Assembly (NCBI GenBank): GCA_017409905.1
Contig: JAFQRV010000022.1
Location: 4,383-68,382 of the forward strand
Source: Bacilli bacterium
GTDB taxonomy: Bacteria > Bacillota_I > Bacilli_A > ML615J-28 > CAG-313
DNA length: 64,000 nt
Reading direction: 5' to 3'
Shown: positions 7,440-17,680 of the stretch, piece by piece
How the letters are laid out: each line of letters opens with the position of its first letter
Position numbering within the stretch: position 1 is the stretch's first letter
The notes under the pieces: model-generated
What the model saw: the letters and a program-made list of their open reading frames with translations, nothing else
Databases searched by the model: none
Told to the model about the DNA's origin: nothing
Position numbers and translations under genes: made by a program

Positions 7440-8057
7440 TTATTTACACTTTACTTTTTCTAAATAAACTTTAACAGGTTCATAAGATACTCTGTGATGC
7501 TTTGTTATACCAAGTTGATATAAAGCAGCTTTATGTTTTTTAGTAGGATATCCTTTATTCTTTTCCCATTCATAACCTGGAAATTCTTTAGATAATTCAA
7601 TCATTAAATCATCTCTGATTACTTTTGCTATTATCGAAGCACAACCAATAGTATAACTTCTAATATCACCTTTAATAATATCCATATATGGAATATCAGT
7701 ATGAATCTTCATAGCATCAGTTAAAATATAATCAGGTTTGACAGATAGTTTTTTAATTGCTTCTTCCATTGCTAGTCTTGAAGCTTCTAAAATATTGATT
7801 TCATCTATTTTATTATTATCAATTGAAACTACTGCATAACTTACTGCTTCACTTAAAATTTTAGGAAATAATTCTCTTCTTTTTTTGTCTGTTAATTTTT
7901 TAGAATCATTTACGCCGGGGATTGCACTATCTTTTTTCATAATAATAGCACAAGCATATACAGGACCTGCAATACAACCTCTTCCTACTTCATCAGTCCC
8001 CGCAATATATTCATAACCCTCACTATAAATCTTTTTTTCAAATTCAAAATTACTCAT
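7440..8057 (-). CDS. rnhB: Ribonuclease HII
   Basis: 205 aa with the catalytic motif GTDEVGRGCIAGPV. It overlaps rbgA by 8 nt, which fits the conserved rbgA-rnhB pairing in Firmicutes. Confidence 0.9.
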   Translation of the reverse strand: MSNFEFEKKIYSEGYEYIAGTDEVGRGCIAGPVYACAIIMKKDSAIPGVNDSKKLTDKKRRELFPKILSEAVSYAVVSIDNNKIDEINILEASRLAMEEAIKKLSVKPDYILTDAMKIHTDIPYMDIIKGDIRSYTIGCASIIAKVIRDDLMIELSKEFPGYEWEKNKGYPTKKHKAALYQLGITKHHRVSYEPVKVYLEKVKCK

Positions 8058-8898
8058 TTATATCCTCTTGAATTCTATCTAATGTGATATTACCTAGTGA
8101 ACCATTTCTTAAATCATTAAGTATTAACATACATACCCTATTTATATCAATCTCTTTATTTGCATAAAGTTTTTTCTCTCTTCCAAGATGAGTAATATAG
8201 TCATCAATATATTCTTCTGATACACCATATCTTTTCTCTAGTACTCCTGGATATAACTCATGAAGTAGTTTAACACCATAATCTAAAATATCTTCTATTC
8301 TTAATATATCATCTTTAATTGCACCTGTTAATGCAAGATTAAATCCCACAATTGGATTTTCAAACTTTGGCCATAAAACCCCTGGAGTATCCAGTAATTC
8401 TAAATCTTGATTTAATTTGATCCATTGTTGAGCTTTAGTTACCCCTGGTTTATCACCAACAAAAGCAACTTTTTTACCAGCCAAATTGTTGATTAAAGTT
8501 GATTTACCAACATTAGGAATTCCTACAACCATTGCTTTAATTGCTCTAGGCTTTAGACCTTTTAAAGCATCTTTTTTTCTTTTTTCTTCCAATGCTTTAG
8601 TAATGGTTCTCATTACTATTTTTTTAGTTTGATTATCTTTTGAATTAACAGCAATTACAAAATTACCTTTTTGTTCGTAATGTTTACACCATTTTTTAGT
8701 TTCCACATTATCAGCTTTATCAGCTTTTGTTAATATATATAAAACTTGCTTATTTTGAAACTTTTTAGCGACCTCTGGATTAAATGATGATTCTGGTACC
8801 CTAGCATCAAGTAGTACAATAACTAAATCAACAAATTTAATTTTTTCATCCATTTCCCTAAAGGCTTTGGCCATATGCCCTGGATACCATTGAACCAT
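8050..8898 (-). CDS. rbgA: Ribosome biogenesis GTPase A (YlqF/RbgA)
   Basis: 282 aa. It has the N-terminal signature QWYPGHMAKA and a circularly permuted GTPase order: TKADK (G4) comes before GIPNVGKST (G1). Confidence 0.9.
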   Translation of the reverse strand: MVQWYPGHMAKAFREMDEKIKFVDLVIVLLDARVPESSFNPEVAKKFQNKQVLYILTKADKADNVETKKWCKHYEQKGNFVIAVNSKDNQTKKIVMRTITKALEEKRKKDALKGLKPRAIKAMVVGIPNVGKSTLINNLAGKKVAFVGDKPGVTKAQQWIKLNQDLELLDTPGVLWPKFENPIVGFNLALTGAIKDDILRIEDILDYGVKLLHELYPGVLEKRYGVSEEYIDDYITHLGREKKLYANKEIDINRVCMLILNDLRNGSLGNITLDRIQEDINE

Positions 8899-8907
8899 AA
8901 TTTCCTC

Positions 8908-9882
8908 CTATTCGATTTTTTCAAATTTAAATAAAGACTTCATACGAAATTTAACTTTTCCAATTAAATCATCTTTATGAACTAAACCAATTGTTCTACT
9001 ATCTTGACTATCTGGTCTATTATCTCCTAGAACTAAATAATAATCATTAGGAATAACTATTTTACCTTCAACTATAGTTGTATTGTGATTATTGATATTA
9101 CAAATTTCTTCGAAGTCAAATGGAATATGTCCTCTTAAATATGTCACAAATACTTCTTTTTCAAATTCTGTAAAAAAGGATTCATCAACATATTCACCAT
9201 TAACATATAAGTTAGTAATAGAATTACCATTTTTATTTGTTTCAGTACGATATTCTATATATTCTCCTGGTAAACCAATTATTCTTTTAATAAATAATCT
9301 TTCATTAAGCATTTGATATTTTTCATCAACATCAATAACTACTACATCAAATCTTTCATATTTATTACTATATAATAAAAATAACTCTTCACCATCTAAA
9401 ACATTAGGATTCATAGAATTACCTTCAACTACAGTTAAAGTGAATACAAAACTAAAACAAAATGAAGCAATAGTTATACAAATTGGAAATATAACTATCC
9501 ATTCTAAAATATCCACTACTTTGTTTAATACCTTTTTTGTAATTTTAAATTGAACTTTACATAAATGTAATATACATAATACTATTAAACCTATAGTAAT
9601 TATTCCAGATATTAACATTATATATTTGATATATTCTAAAGCTTGAAATGTTTGTACATCTGATGCTGAATCTAAATTCTTAAATGGATAAAAAATTCTT
9701 GATACAATGTAAATTATTAAAGTTAAAGTAAAAGAAATCACTAAAGCAATTATTCTTCTTTTAATCTTTTTTCTTTCATCTTCAGTATATTCATCAACAA
9801 CTTCTTGTATTTTATCAAGTGAATCTACAGATTCTTCTTGTAAAGTTTCCTCTACAATTTCATTGTTTTTATTTTCTTCCAT
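8908..9882 (-). CDS. lepB: Signal peptidase I (S26) with an extended multi-TM N-terminal region
   Basis: 324 aa. The S26 boxes EGNSMNP, RIIGLPGE and LGDNRPDSQDSR are present. About 150 aa precede them, comprising an acidic segment and three hydrophobic helices. Confidence 0.85.
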   Translation of the reverse strand: MEENKNNEIVEETLQEESVDSLDKIQEVVDEYTEDERKKIKRRIIALVISFTLTLIIYIVSRIFYPFKNLDSASDVQTFQALEYIKYIMLISGIITIGLIVLCILHLCKVQFKITKKVLNKVVDILEWIVIFPICITIASFCFSFVFTLTVVEGNSMNPNVLDGEELFLLYSNKYERFDVVVIDVDEKYQMLNERLFIKRIIGLPGEYIEYRTETNKNGNSITNLYVNGEYVDESFFTEFEKEVFVTYLRGHIPFDFEEICNINNHNTTIVEGKIVIPNDYYLVLGDNRPDSQDSRTIGLVHKDDLIGKVKFRMKSLFKFEKIE

Positions 9883-9890
9883 ATTATCCT

Positions 9891-11987
9891 CTACTTATTA
9901 TCATCTAAAATTTTATATAATTCTTCTTCATTTACCAAAACAGTTCTTGGTTTACCAGCAACTGTTGGTGATAAAATACCTAATTTTTCCATCTTAGATA
10001 ACATTCTTTTAGTTCTATTGAATGAAACATTAAAAGTTGTTTGAATAGCGTTTGAAGAACCATTTTCATTTCTTACAACAAACAATGCAACTTCTTCAAA
10101 TAATTCATCTTCTTCTTCATCAACTTCTTCAATAGTTGCTCTTGCAATTAGTTGTTCTTGGTTTAATAAATATGATACTTCATTATGTTCAGTCAAGAAT
10201 TCAACAATATCGCTTAATTCATCATCAGAAACATATGCGCCTTGAATACGTTCTTCTCCATCTTCATTTGAGAATAACATATCACCCATACCAAGTAACT
10301 TTTCAGCACCACCATGATCTAAAATTGTGCTAGAATCGACTGGACTACTTACTTTAAATGCAATACGAGTTGGAACATTATTTTTCATTGTACCTTTAAT
10401 AACATCTGTTGATGGTCTTTGAGTTGCAAGAATTACGTGAATACCTGCTGCTCTGGCTTTTCCACCAAGTCTTTTAATATAGTCATCAATTTCATTACCT
10501 GCAACTAACATTAAGTCGGCTAATTCGTCAATGATTAAAACAATTCTAGGCATTATTCTACCGCCTTGACGTTTTTGAATTTCATTAAAACGATTGATAT
10601 CACGAGCATGCATTTGACTAAAGATTAGGAAACGATTATCCATTTCTTCACATAACCATTTAAAAGCAGGTGCTGCTTTTTTAGCTTCTGTAATAACTGG
10701 CATCGCAAGATGCGGTATGTCATTATAAATCGATAATTCAACCATCTTCGGGTCAACTAAAATAAATCTTAGTTCTTCTGGAGTGTTATGATAAATTAAA
10801 CTTACAATCATTGTATTAATACATACACTCTTACCACTACCAGTCGCACCAGCAACTAAACCATGGGGCATTTTTTCAATATCGGCATATACCTTTTCAC
10901 CACTTAAATTAAGACCTAAAGCAAACTTTAATTTCTTTTCAGAATTTAAGTAATCTTTATTATTAATTAATGTACCTGCTAATACTGTTGTTCTTTTCGC
11001 ATTAGGAATTTCAATACCTGCACAATCCATTCCCGCAATCGGTGATTGAATACGAACATTCTTAGCGCATAAACGCATTTGTAATGTTTTAGAAAGAGAT
11101 GTCAATTTATTAACATCAGTACCTGGTTCAATATCAATTAAGAATAGTGTTACTGTAGGACCAACTTTATAACCAATTGATTTTGCACCATAGTTAAATT
11201 CTTGGAAAACTTTATTAATAACATTTTGTTTTTCAATAGCCCAAGATTCATCTATTTCTAGTTCACCACTATTTGTTTTTAATAAATTTAGTGGAGGAGC
11301 AACATATTTCGTTTTCTTAGGAGTTGTTTTGTATGCAGGTTTTGGAGTTTCTGTAACTATTGGTTTTCTAACAACTGGTTTTACTTCTTCAATAACTTCT
11401 TCTTGAATTTCTTCATTTGTTTCTTCTACATACTCATATGTATCTTCAACAACTTCTTCAGTTGGTTCTTCTAGATTAAACTCCTCAACAGTTTCTTCTT
11501 CATAGTATTCATAATTAGTATGACTTGGAGTATATTCTTCTTCTCTTTCATAAGCATATCCATTAGATTCATCATAATCTACAGGAGCAACACCATTAAT
11601 TAAGATATTGCGGTAATCTTGAGTATCTAATAAGTCAAAAGATTTTTTAATTTCAGCTTTTGTTTGCGGTTTAGTTTCTCCATCTACTCTAAAACCTTCA
11701 TATGCTTCTCTTGGTCTTTGACTTTGTTCACCAGTTTGAATTTGATTGTTTTGTGTACCAATGATTGGAGATACAAAGAAATCTGGAGAATCAAAAACTT
11801 GAGTTGGTTTTTCTACTTCTTCAACCTTTTTTGTTTCTTGAAAATAACAAATTGGAAAATCATCTAATGGAGTATTAGGATAATAAGGTTTTTGTACAGA
11901 TACATTAGGATATTCTGCCCTTTTATCAGGCGCTGTTTTTTCAATAAACTTTAAGTTAAATACAATTTCTTGATTTTTCTTTTTCAT
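9891..11987 (-). CDS. FtsK/SpoIIIE-family DNA translocase in a soluble, SftA-like form with no TM domain
   Basis: 698 aa. It carries Walker A GATGSGKSV, Walker B LIIDELADLM and a C-terminal winged-helix (gamma-like) segment. The N-terminal 230 aa are acidic and Tyr/Glu-rich, with no hydrophobic helix. Confidence 0.85.
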   Translation of the reverse strand: MKKKNQEIVFNLKFIEKTAPDKRAEYPNVSVQKPYYPNTPLDDFPICYFQETKKVEEVEKPTQVFDSPDFFVSPIIGTQNNQIQTGEQSQRPREAYEGFRVDGETKPQTKAEIKKSFDLLDTQDYRNILINGVAPVDYDESNGYAYEREEEYTPSHTNYEYYEEETVEEFNLEEPTEEVVEDTYEYVEETNEEIQEEVIEEVKPVVRKPIVTETPKPAYKTTPKKTKYVAPPLNLLKTNSGELEIDESWAIEKQNVINKVFQEFNYGAKSIGYKVGPTVTLFLIDIEPGTDVNKLTSLSKTLQMRLCAKNVRIQSPIAGMDCAGIEIPNAKRTTVLAGTLINNKDYLNSEKKLKFALGLNLSGEKVYADIEKMPHGLVAGATGSGKSVCINTMIVSLIYHNTPEELRFILVDPKMVELSIYNDIPHLAMPVITEAKKAAPAFKWLCEEMDNRFLIFSQMHARDINRFNEIQKRQGGRIMPRIVLIIDELADLMLVAGNEIDDYIKRLGGKARAAGIHVILATQRPSTDVIKGTMKNNVPTRIAFKVSSPVDSSTILDHGGAEKLLGMGDMLFSNEDGEERIQGAYVSDDELSDIVEFLTEHNEVSYLLNQEQLIARATIEEVDEEEDELFEEVALFVVRNENGSSNAIQTTFNVSFNRTKRMLSKMEKLGILSPTVAGKPRTVLVNEEELYKILDDNK

Positions 11988-12775
11988 TCTATTTCCTCCA
12001 TTTCTTCTAATTCTTTATTTATTTCTTCTTCCATGATGTTTCTTTCTTCATCAAAGATTCTCTTGCTATAAACTTTTATTGTTTCATCACTAACAATATC
12101 AATCACAATTAAACACATCTTCGTTAATGCAGTATTAATTGTTCCACTAACAATAATCTTTCTAATCCAATAGACAGGATTAGCATAGTTTAGTATTGTA
12201 AATAAGACCTTTCGAACGGGTCCTGTCTTTTTAATTGTTTTAACAGCCTTATTTTCTTTTACTTTCTTATAATAATCAAGCATTTTTAATACTTGACTAA
12301 TACTCATATTTTTAAAAGGTTTTAATACTTTCTTATCAAATACAGTATCTATTCTATCAGATATATAATGACATAAAATTAACAATTCATTAACATTCAA
12401 TTCAAATAACGGATATTTAGAATTAGGATAATACATTCCAGCAATACTTTTAACAGTATTCATAACTGTTGTTCCTAATACTTTCATTTTATCTGTTGGA
12501 CTAAATGTAACAGTTAATTCTACAAAATCTTTTTTAATATTTTTGATCATCTCTAGTAATTCATTATCACTAATGGTAGTAGGCATAATACTTACTGGAT
12601 TCTTCTTTTCGGCTTTTTTTAAAGATATTAATAAAAGAATACCATATAAAGATGCAGAAATAATAATACCTATTACTATTCCTAATAATAAAGTAACTAA
12701 TGTACGTACTTCAAATTTACCATTTAAGTCTTTAAATAACCAATTGAAAAAATTATCTACTTTTGTAAAAAACAT
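11984..12775 (-). CDS. Hypothetical single-pass membrane protein, translationally coupled to the FtsK-family gene
   Basis: 263 aa with one TM helix (LVTLLLGIVIGIIISASLYGILLLISL). An ATGA overlap joins it to the downstream gene. I recognised no family. Confidence 0.5.
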   Translation of the reverse strand: MFFTKVDNFFNWLFKDLNGKFEVRTLVTLLLGIVIGIIISASLYGILLLISLKKAEKKNPVSIMPTTISDNELLEMIKNIKKDFVELTVTFSPTDKMKVLGTTVMNTVKSIAGMYYPNSKYPLFELNVNELLILCHYISDRIDTVFDKKVLKPFKNMSISQVLKMLDYYKKVKENKAVKTIKKTGPVRKVLFTILNYANPVYWIRKIIVSGTINTALTKMCLIVIDIVSDETIKVYSKRIFDEERNIMEEEINKELEEMEEIE

Positions 12776-12911
12776 TTTATCACTCTTTCAGGTATATTTA
12801 TTTTACAACAAATTAACGATTTTGTAAATCATTTACAAAATAAATTCTCTTAATTAAATATTTTTATTTTTTTATTCTTTTTGATATAATATTAACAATA
12901 GGAGAATTACT

Positions 12912-13724
12912 ATGGACAAACATCTAATTATAATTGATTTAGACGGAACTTTAATGTTGAACTTTGCGGAATACGAAAAGAATGCTGTTGAATATTTAAA
13001 AAAACTTAATAATGATGGTCATATTATCTTAATCGCAACAGGTAGACCTTTTAGATCAAGTTATTTTGTTTATAAAGAAATAGGTTTATCTACACCAATT
13101 ATTAACTATAATGGTGCCCTTGTATACAATCCCACTGATAAATTATTTCCACCAACAGATTTAAGAATTAACCGTTTTGACTTATTTAATATTTTAGATT
13201 TTATTGGAGATAATTTAATAAATGTCTTCTCAGAAATTCATGATGATATCTATGTTTTAGATTATAACAAAGAAATTCACCCATATCTTCATGTTGATAA
13301 TGGTGTATTACATGAGGGTAGACTTCAAGACATTTTAAAAGAAGATCCTAATGGTTCTATTATATTTGTGAAAGAAGGATTTGTAGAAATCCTTCAAAAA
13401 TATATTGAGGATAACTATCCAAATACACTTCGTTCTAGATATTGGGGTGAAGGAGATTTATTCCACATAGTAGAAGTTTATAATATTAATGTAAATAAAG
13501 GTGAAGGCTTAAAAAAAGCCATTGAATATTATCATATTAATCCAGATAATGTAATTGCGATTGGTGATGGACATAACGATATTGAAATGTTTAATTGTTC
13601 AAAAGTTCGTGTTGCCATGGCTAATTCACATCCTGAATTATTACCACATGCTACTATTGTTACTAAATCAAACAAAGAGCAAGGTGTATATTTATTCTTA
13701 AAAGAATATTTCAAAGAGAATTAA
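12912..13724 (+). CDS. Cof-type HAD-IIB family hydrolase/phosphatase
   Basis: 270 aa with motif I IIIDLDGTL, motif IV GDGHNDIEM, and RBS AGGAGA upstream. Confidence 0.8.
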   Translation: MDKHLIIIDLDGTLMLNFAEYEKNAVEYLKKLNNDGHIILIATGRPFRSSYFVYKEIGLSTPIINYNGALVYNPTDKLFPPTDLRINRFDLFNILDFIGDNLINVFSEIHDDIYVLDYNKEIHPYLHVDNGVLHEGRLQDILKEDPNGSIIFVKEGFVEILQKYIEDNYPNTLRSRYWGEGDLFHIVEVYNINVNKGEGLKKAIEYYHINPDNVIAIGDGHNDIEMFNCSKVRVAMANSHPELLPHATIVTKSNKEQGVYLFLKEYFKEN

Positions 13725-13728
13725 AATA

Positions 13729-13758
13729 GCTGTTTGTTTTAAACAAACAGCTTTTTAT
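13729..13758. terminator. Bidirectional rho-independent terminator between the HAD gene and the ZIP gene
   Basis: A perfect palindrome, AGCTGTTTGTTT/AAACAAACAGCT, is followed by TTTTT on the plus strand and by an A/T-rich run on the minus strand. Confidence 0.7.
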
Positions 13759-14543
13759 TATCCTAAAATATAATCTAATACCATCATTAATGAAAAACCT
13801 ATTATAAAACAAAGAACACCAATATGTGAATGTTTACCCTTAGACATTTCTGGTATTAGTTCTTCGATTACTACATAAATCATAGCACCTGCTGCAAAAC
13901 TTAATAAATAAGGTAATGCTGGAGTAATAAAATTTGCAAGTAATAATGTAAGAATAGCCCCTAATGGTTCAACAACTCCAGATAATACGCCCAATAAAAA
14001 TGTTTTAGATTTTTTTACTCCACTATCATGAAGAGGAAGAGATATTATTGCGCCTTCTGGAAAGTTTTGAACTGCAATACCTACCGCAAGAGGAATTGCT
14101 ACAGCATAATTTACAATCTCAGTATTCTTTGTTGAAATAGCACTAGCTAAAACAACTCCAACCGCAATACCTTCTGGTAAATTATGTAATGCTACTGCTA
14201 AAGCAGTCATTGTTGATTTTTTTAAACTTGCTTTAGGTCCTTCTACTTCATCTCGGTCAATATGCATATGGGGAATAATTTTATCTAATAACATTAAAAA
14301 GATAAAACCTAACCATAATCCAATTAATACTGGAACTAAGGCAAATTCTTTTGATTTACTAGCTTCAAATGAAGGAAGGATTAAACTCCAAATTGATGCC
14401 GCAATCATAACACCAGCCGCAAACCCAGAAAAAGCTTTTTGAACTGAATCACTTAATTTATTTTTTACTAAAAATACACATGCTGATCCTAATACAGTAC
14501 CAATAAATGGAATAATTATACTAAATATTAATTCATTTGTCAT
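13758..14543 (-). CDS. zupT: ZIP family metal (zinc) transporter, ZupT-like
   Basis: 261 aa, polytopic. The motifs HNLPEGIAVG and QNFPEG lie in TM helices, and a His-containing loop (HMHIDRDEVEG) is present. Confidence 0.75.
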   Translation of the reverse strand: MTNELIFSIIIPFIGTVLGSACVFLVKNKLSDSVQKAFSGFAAGVMIAASIWSLILPSFEASKSKEFALVPVLIGLWLGFIFLMLLDKIIPHMHIDRDEVEGPKASLKKSTMTALAVALHNLPEGIAVGVVLASAISTKNTEIVNYAVAIPLAVGIAVQNFPEGAIISLPLHDSGVKKSKTFLLGVLSGVVEPLGAILTLLLANFITPALPYLLSFAAGAMIYVVIEELIPEMSKGKHSHIGVLCFIIGFSLMMVLDYILG

Positions 14544-14857
14544 AGTTTTTTCCTCATTGTTTGTTTTATTATATCATATAATTCTTTTTTTTACTAATTT
14601 ATTTAAAAATCTTTAATTAATTATAACATACCAAAAAAGGTTGAAACGTTTTTTAGTATTTATATTTGGTTTAACACAAAAAATTTTTATAATGTTAAGT
14701 AACTTTTCAAAATTATAATTAACTAAATACCATACTTAATACATACTAAAAATATACTACAAATTTAAAAAACCGCCTTATATTTCGATAAAGCAAACAT
14801 GGGTATTTTGCTGGACTAGTGTCCAACAAAATACTTTCATAAATTTATATTGTTTTA

Positions 14858-15664
14858 TTAACCAAGTAAATTTTTGTAAACATAATTTACAGTAGGACCA
14901 TATTTAGATTCAATAAATTCTTTTACTTCTGGAAGACTTAATGCTTCAACTAAAATTTTGATTTTTTCACTATTTAAATCTTGAGTTCTTACCACAATAA
15001 TATTTGGATATGCAACATCTACTGATTCACCAAAAATCTTATATTCACTAGCTTTTGATGTGCCCCAAGCAGTTAATGCATAATTACCTGGAATTATTGC
15101 ATATCCACCTTCTGTTACTTTTTGATGTAAAAGTCCTGCATCAATACATTCAATTGAAACCCCAATTGAAGTTGTATATTCCGGATGTTGTGCATTAAAA
15201 TTATTTACATTATAAGAATCTAATATCCCATTAGCTACCAATAATTGATATGCTCTTTCTACATTTGTAGGATCATTTACAATGTAGATTTTTTTATTAG
15301 TAAAATCTGATATTTTTGTTTTTCCATATAAATTTAATGGCTCATTATGTACTTCACAAGCTGCCGAAAGATTAAAACCATAGTTTTGAATATCTTTATT
15401 TAAATATTTTGCATGTTGAAAGTAATTAGCATCAATTCCTTCATCATTTAAAGCTTTATTTAAAGTAGCCCAGTCTTGATACACTTTTACCTCTAGCGTA
15501 TAACCTTTACTTTTAATATAGTTTTGTACTGCTTCACAGTTAAGAATCTCAGCATGAGGTGATGGTGTACCTCCAACAATAATTGTTTTTTCTTTATCCT
15601 TACAACTTGTTAAAGTTAGAGTTAATAAAATTAACAAAAATAAATTTAGTAATGTTTTTTTCAT
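14858..15664 (-). CDS. metQ: Methionine ABC transporter substrate-binding lipoprotein (NlpA/MetQ family)
   Basis: 268 aa with lipobox LTLTSC and MetQ-like sequence. It is the last gene of the metN-metI-metQ block. Confidence 0.8.
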   Translation of the reverse strand: MKKTLLNLFLLILLTLTLTSCKDKEKTIIVGGTPSPHAEILNCEAVQNYIKSKGYTLEVKVYQDWATLNKALNDEGIDANYFQHAKYLNKDIQNYGFNLSAACEVHNEPLNLYGKTKISDFTNKKIYIVNDPTNVERAYQLLVANGILDSYNVNNFNAQHPEYTTSIGVSIECIDAGLLHQKVTEGGYAIIPGNYALTAWGTSKASEYKIFGESVDVAYPNIIVVRTQDLNSEKIKILVEALSLPEVKEFIESKYGPTVNYVYKNLLG

Positions 15665-15665
15665 A

Positions 15666-16325
15666 TTATTTTCTCCTTTTATCTATTCTTTTCGACAAAT
15701 ATAATCCACTCTCTTGGATTATTTGAACTATTATTACTACAAATAAAATGCATATCCACATTCCGAATTTGTTGGTACCATAGTAACCAAGATTAAAGGC
15801 TTCAACAATTAACCCTCCCCCTGCAATATAACCTGCAAATGATGTATAACCAATAATCGAAACAATAGTAACTGCAAAACCGGATATTAAAGATGGTTTA
15901 GCCTCACTTAGAAGCACTTTTGTTACTATTTGTAAATTTGATGCTCCCAAAGATTTAGATGCTTCAACTACACCATAGGGAACTTCAGTTAAACTTTGTT
16001 CAACCATTCTCGCAATAAATGCAAAACTTGCCGCAACCAATGGTACAATCATTGAATACCAATTACCTGACCAAGATCCTTTACCAAAAATAACATTAGT
16101 AACTGGGATAAATATTATTATTAATAACAAACAAGGTATTGATCTAAAAATGTTAACAATTGTCCCTAATATTGTATTGATAATTTTATTTGGTTTTAAA
16201 CCTTTTTTAGAAGAATTATATAAAATAATACCAGTAGGAAGACCAATCAAATAAGCAATAATTGTCGAAATTGTTGTCATTAGTAAAGTATCTTTAATGG
16301 CTTCTAAAAGATTCATCCAATTCAT
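15666..16325 (-). CDS. metI: Methionine ABC transporter permease
   Basis: 219 aa with five TM helices and the permease loop VEASKSLGAS. It overlaps the metN stop. Confidence 0.8.
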   Translation of the reverse strand: MNWMNLLEAIKDTLLMTTISTIIAYLIGLPTGIILYNSSKKGLKPNKIINTILGTIVNIFRSIPCLLLIIIFIPVTNVIFGKGSWSGNWYSMIVPLVAASFAFIARMVEQSLTEVPYGVVEASKSLGASNLQIVTKVLLSEAKPSLISGFAVTIVSIIGYTSFAGYIAGGGLIVEAFNLGYYGTNKFGMWICILFVVIIVQIIQESGLYLSKRIDKRRK

Positions 16326-17349
16326 CTGTAGATACCTCCTTATATTTAATTTTTTTAATATTTAGATATTTCTTTAGTTTGTCGATATCATTATCATAAT
16401 ATGGCAGTTTAATAATCATTTGACCATAAATTTTATCATCAACCACAAAGGAATTTGCGTAAACGATCGAAACTAAAATATTGCATTCTTGGATAATATT
16501 CGCAACTACTGGAGAATCCGTATCACCATTAAATTCTAATTTCAATAAATGAGAATCATGCAATTTAGTTCTAATATGTCCAGAATAAATTAAAGACTTA
16601 GCAGCATTAGTTTTAGGATTTAAAAATACTTGTGCTACTTCACCTTGTTCTACTACCTTATGATCAGCTAAAATTGCTACTTTATTACAAATTCTTTCAA
16701 TTACAGACATTTGATGAGCAATAATAATTATTGTTAAACCGAGTTCTTTATTTAGTTTTTGAAGTAAATCTAATATGGAAAATGCAGTTGTCGGATCTAA
16801 GGCGGATGTACATTCATCGCATAACAATATCTTAGGATTGTTTACAAGTGCTCTAGCAATCGCTACTCTTTGTTTTTGGCCACCTGATAATTCGCTAGGG
16901 TAAGCTTTTTTCTTATTTTCTAAGCCAACAAGTTTTAGCAATCTTTCAATCTTATTTATTGCTTCTTGATTTCGCTTATAACCTTTAGATAAAGTTAACG
17001 GAAATTCAATATTTTCAAATACTGTTTTTTGATTTAATAAATTAAAATCCTGAAAGATCATTGAAACTTCTTTTCGATAGTTTCTCAATTCTTCATTACT
17101 AAGAATTGAAATATCTACCGTATCTTTGATTTTATCATTAATGTATCTTGTATAATTAATAACCCCAGAATTCGCCTTTTCCAGTAAATTAATACATCTA
17201 ACAAGTGTTGATTTCCCAACTCCAGACAAACCAATTACCCCAAAGATATCCCCTTTTTCAATTTCTAATGAGATATTATCTAAAACTGATATTATACCTT
17301 TTTCACTTTCGAAGGTTTTTGTTAAATTTTGAATACTTAATATTTGCAT
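16294..17349 (-). CDS. metN: Methionine ABC transporter ATP-binding protein with a C-terminal NIL domain
   Basis: 351 aa with Walker A GLSGVGKST, signature LSGGQKQRVAIARAL, Walker B ILLCDE, and a C-terminal regulatory domain of about 100 aa. Confidence 0.85.
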   Translation of the reverse strand: MQILSIQNLTKTFESEKGIISVLDNISLEIEKGDIFGVIGLSGVGKSTLVRCINLLEKANSGVINYTRYINDKIKDTVDISILSNEELRNYRKEVSMIFQDFNLLNQKTVFENIEFPLTLSKGYKRNQEAINKIERLLKLVGLENKKKAYPSELSGGQKQRVAIARALVNNPKILLCDECTSALDPTTAFSILDLLQKLNKELGLTIIIIAHQMSVIERICNKVAILADHKVVEQGEVAQVFLNPKTNAAKSLIYSGHIRTKLHDSHLLKLEFNGDTDSPVVANIIQECNILVSIVYANSFVVDDKIYGQMIIKLPYYDNDIDKLKKYLNIKKIKYKEVSTDELDESFRSH

Positions 17350-17368
17350 ATTTCCTCCTTTTATAAAT

Positions 17369-17600
17369 AAAAAAACTCATCCTTTACAATAAAGGACGAG
17401 TTATTAATTCCCGTGTTACCACCTTAGTTCATTTAAACCTCACGATTTAAACCTTTTCGAGTTCCTACTAATAATATGAAACCCTATCTCTATAACGGGA
17501 GAACCCGAGAGAGCCTAAATATCGACACTCCAACTCCAAGACCATGTTCGGTAATTGTACTTTATCTTATTTCCACCAGCAAAGACTCTCTATAAAAGAA
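17369..17600 (-). promoter_or_regulatory. T-box leader (probable Met specifier) controlling metNIQ
   Basis: On the minus strand, AGAGAG (GA motif) lies at about 17591-17586. A candidate specifier AUG in the context GAAC-AUG-G lies at 17545-17543. The conserved T-box sequence AAGGUGGUAACACGGG lies at about 17429-17411. The terminator CTCGTCCTTT-loop-AAAGGATGAG plus U7 spans 17400-17369, just before RBS AGGAGG and the metN ATG. Confidence 0.85.
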
Positions 17601-17680
17601 ATAAATTACTTACTCTTCTTTTCAATGTTTTTATTTATATAGTGATATTATACATTATTTTGTTATTTTTTTCAAAAGAT

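Noticed and set aside
12776-12830. Possible third copy of the GTTGTA...GGTTAT motif (GTTGTAAAATAAATATACCTGAAAGAGTGAT) upstream of ORF 11984-12775
   Set aside because: Only the first hexamer matches well and the spacer is unrelated. The -10-like element would sit 3 nt from the ATG, leaving no room for a leader or RBS.
14544-14857. 314-nt gap between the ZIP transporter and metQ, examined for an RNA gene or a Zur box
   Set aside because: I found only imperfect hairpins that fit a metQ terminator (about 14772-14835) and an extended -10-like element (TGtTATAAT) for the ZIP gene. There is no Zur-box palindrome and no tRNA or riboswitch signature that I could support.
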